This document shows, piece after piece, positions 63,951-64,000 of a stretch of 64,000 bases of DNA. The first letter of the stretch is position 1; the number at the start of each line of letters is the position of its first letter. The position numbers and the translations under genes were made by a program. Source of the stretch: Basidiobolus meristosporus CBS 931.73. Its lineage: Eukaryota > Fungi > Basidiobolomycota. The notes under the pieces were generated by a model. It saw only the letters and a program-made list of their open reading frames with translations. It searched no databases and had not been told where the DNA came from. The stretch is from contig MCFE01000359.1 in the NCBI GenBank assembly GCA_002104905.1, positions 23,470 through 87,469 of the forward strand. The letters run 5' to 3'.

Positions 63951-64000
63951 GGGTTAGGGTTAGGGTTAGGGTTAGGTTAGGGTTAGGGTTAGGGTTAGGG
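63951..64000 (+). repeat. Terminal telomere (TTAGGG)n
   Basis: About 8 tandem TTAGGG units (one TTAGG variant) running to the end of the window with the G-strand 5'->3' outward. Confidence 0.95.

Overview
This is the last 64 kb of a chromosome arm from an intron-containing eukaryote, ending in (TTAGGG)n at 63951-64000. It is most likely an early-diverging fungus: it retains TMEM94, WDR81, FAM72, GLTSCR1, CutA and kinesin-13 homologues alongside fungal-type kinase and transporter genes. Bases 1-37 kb hold ordinary housekeeping genes. Bases 38-48.5 kb are subtelomeric accessory genes (transporter pair, NmrA-like, defensin-like peptide, GDSL lipase) plus ADH and uricase pseudogenes. Bases 48.8-64 kb hold a polarised telomeric retroelement array, with every 5' end facing the telomere and short TTAGGG tracts between units. 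Three element types share one structured 3' end that finishes in CCCCC(C)TAACC. Type A is a CpG-free non-LTR retrotransposon whose ORF1 and APE-RT ORF2 are in frame and separated only by UGA-CUA. Type C is a ~1 kb element encoding only an ORF1 paralogue. Type B is a ~525-nt tRNA-derived, hairpin-rich SINE carrying CCCTAACCC in its tRNA head. A former chromosome end appears buried at ~52.1 kb under a 5-kb block containing a broken Kelch-SNF2 gene. All calls were made by eye from motifs. No database searches were run, and exon boundaries are approximate.
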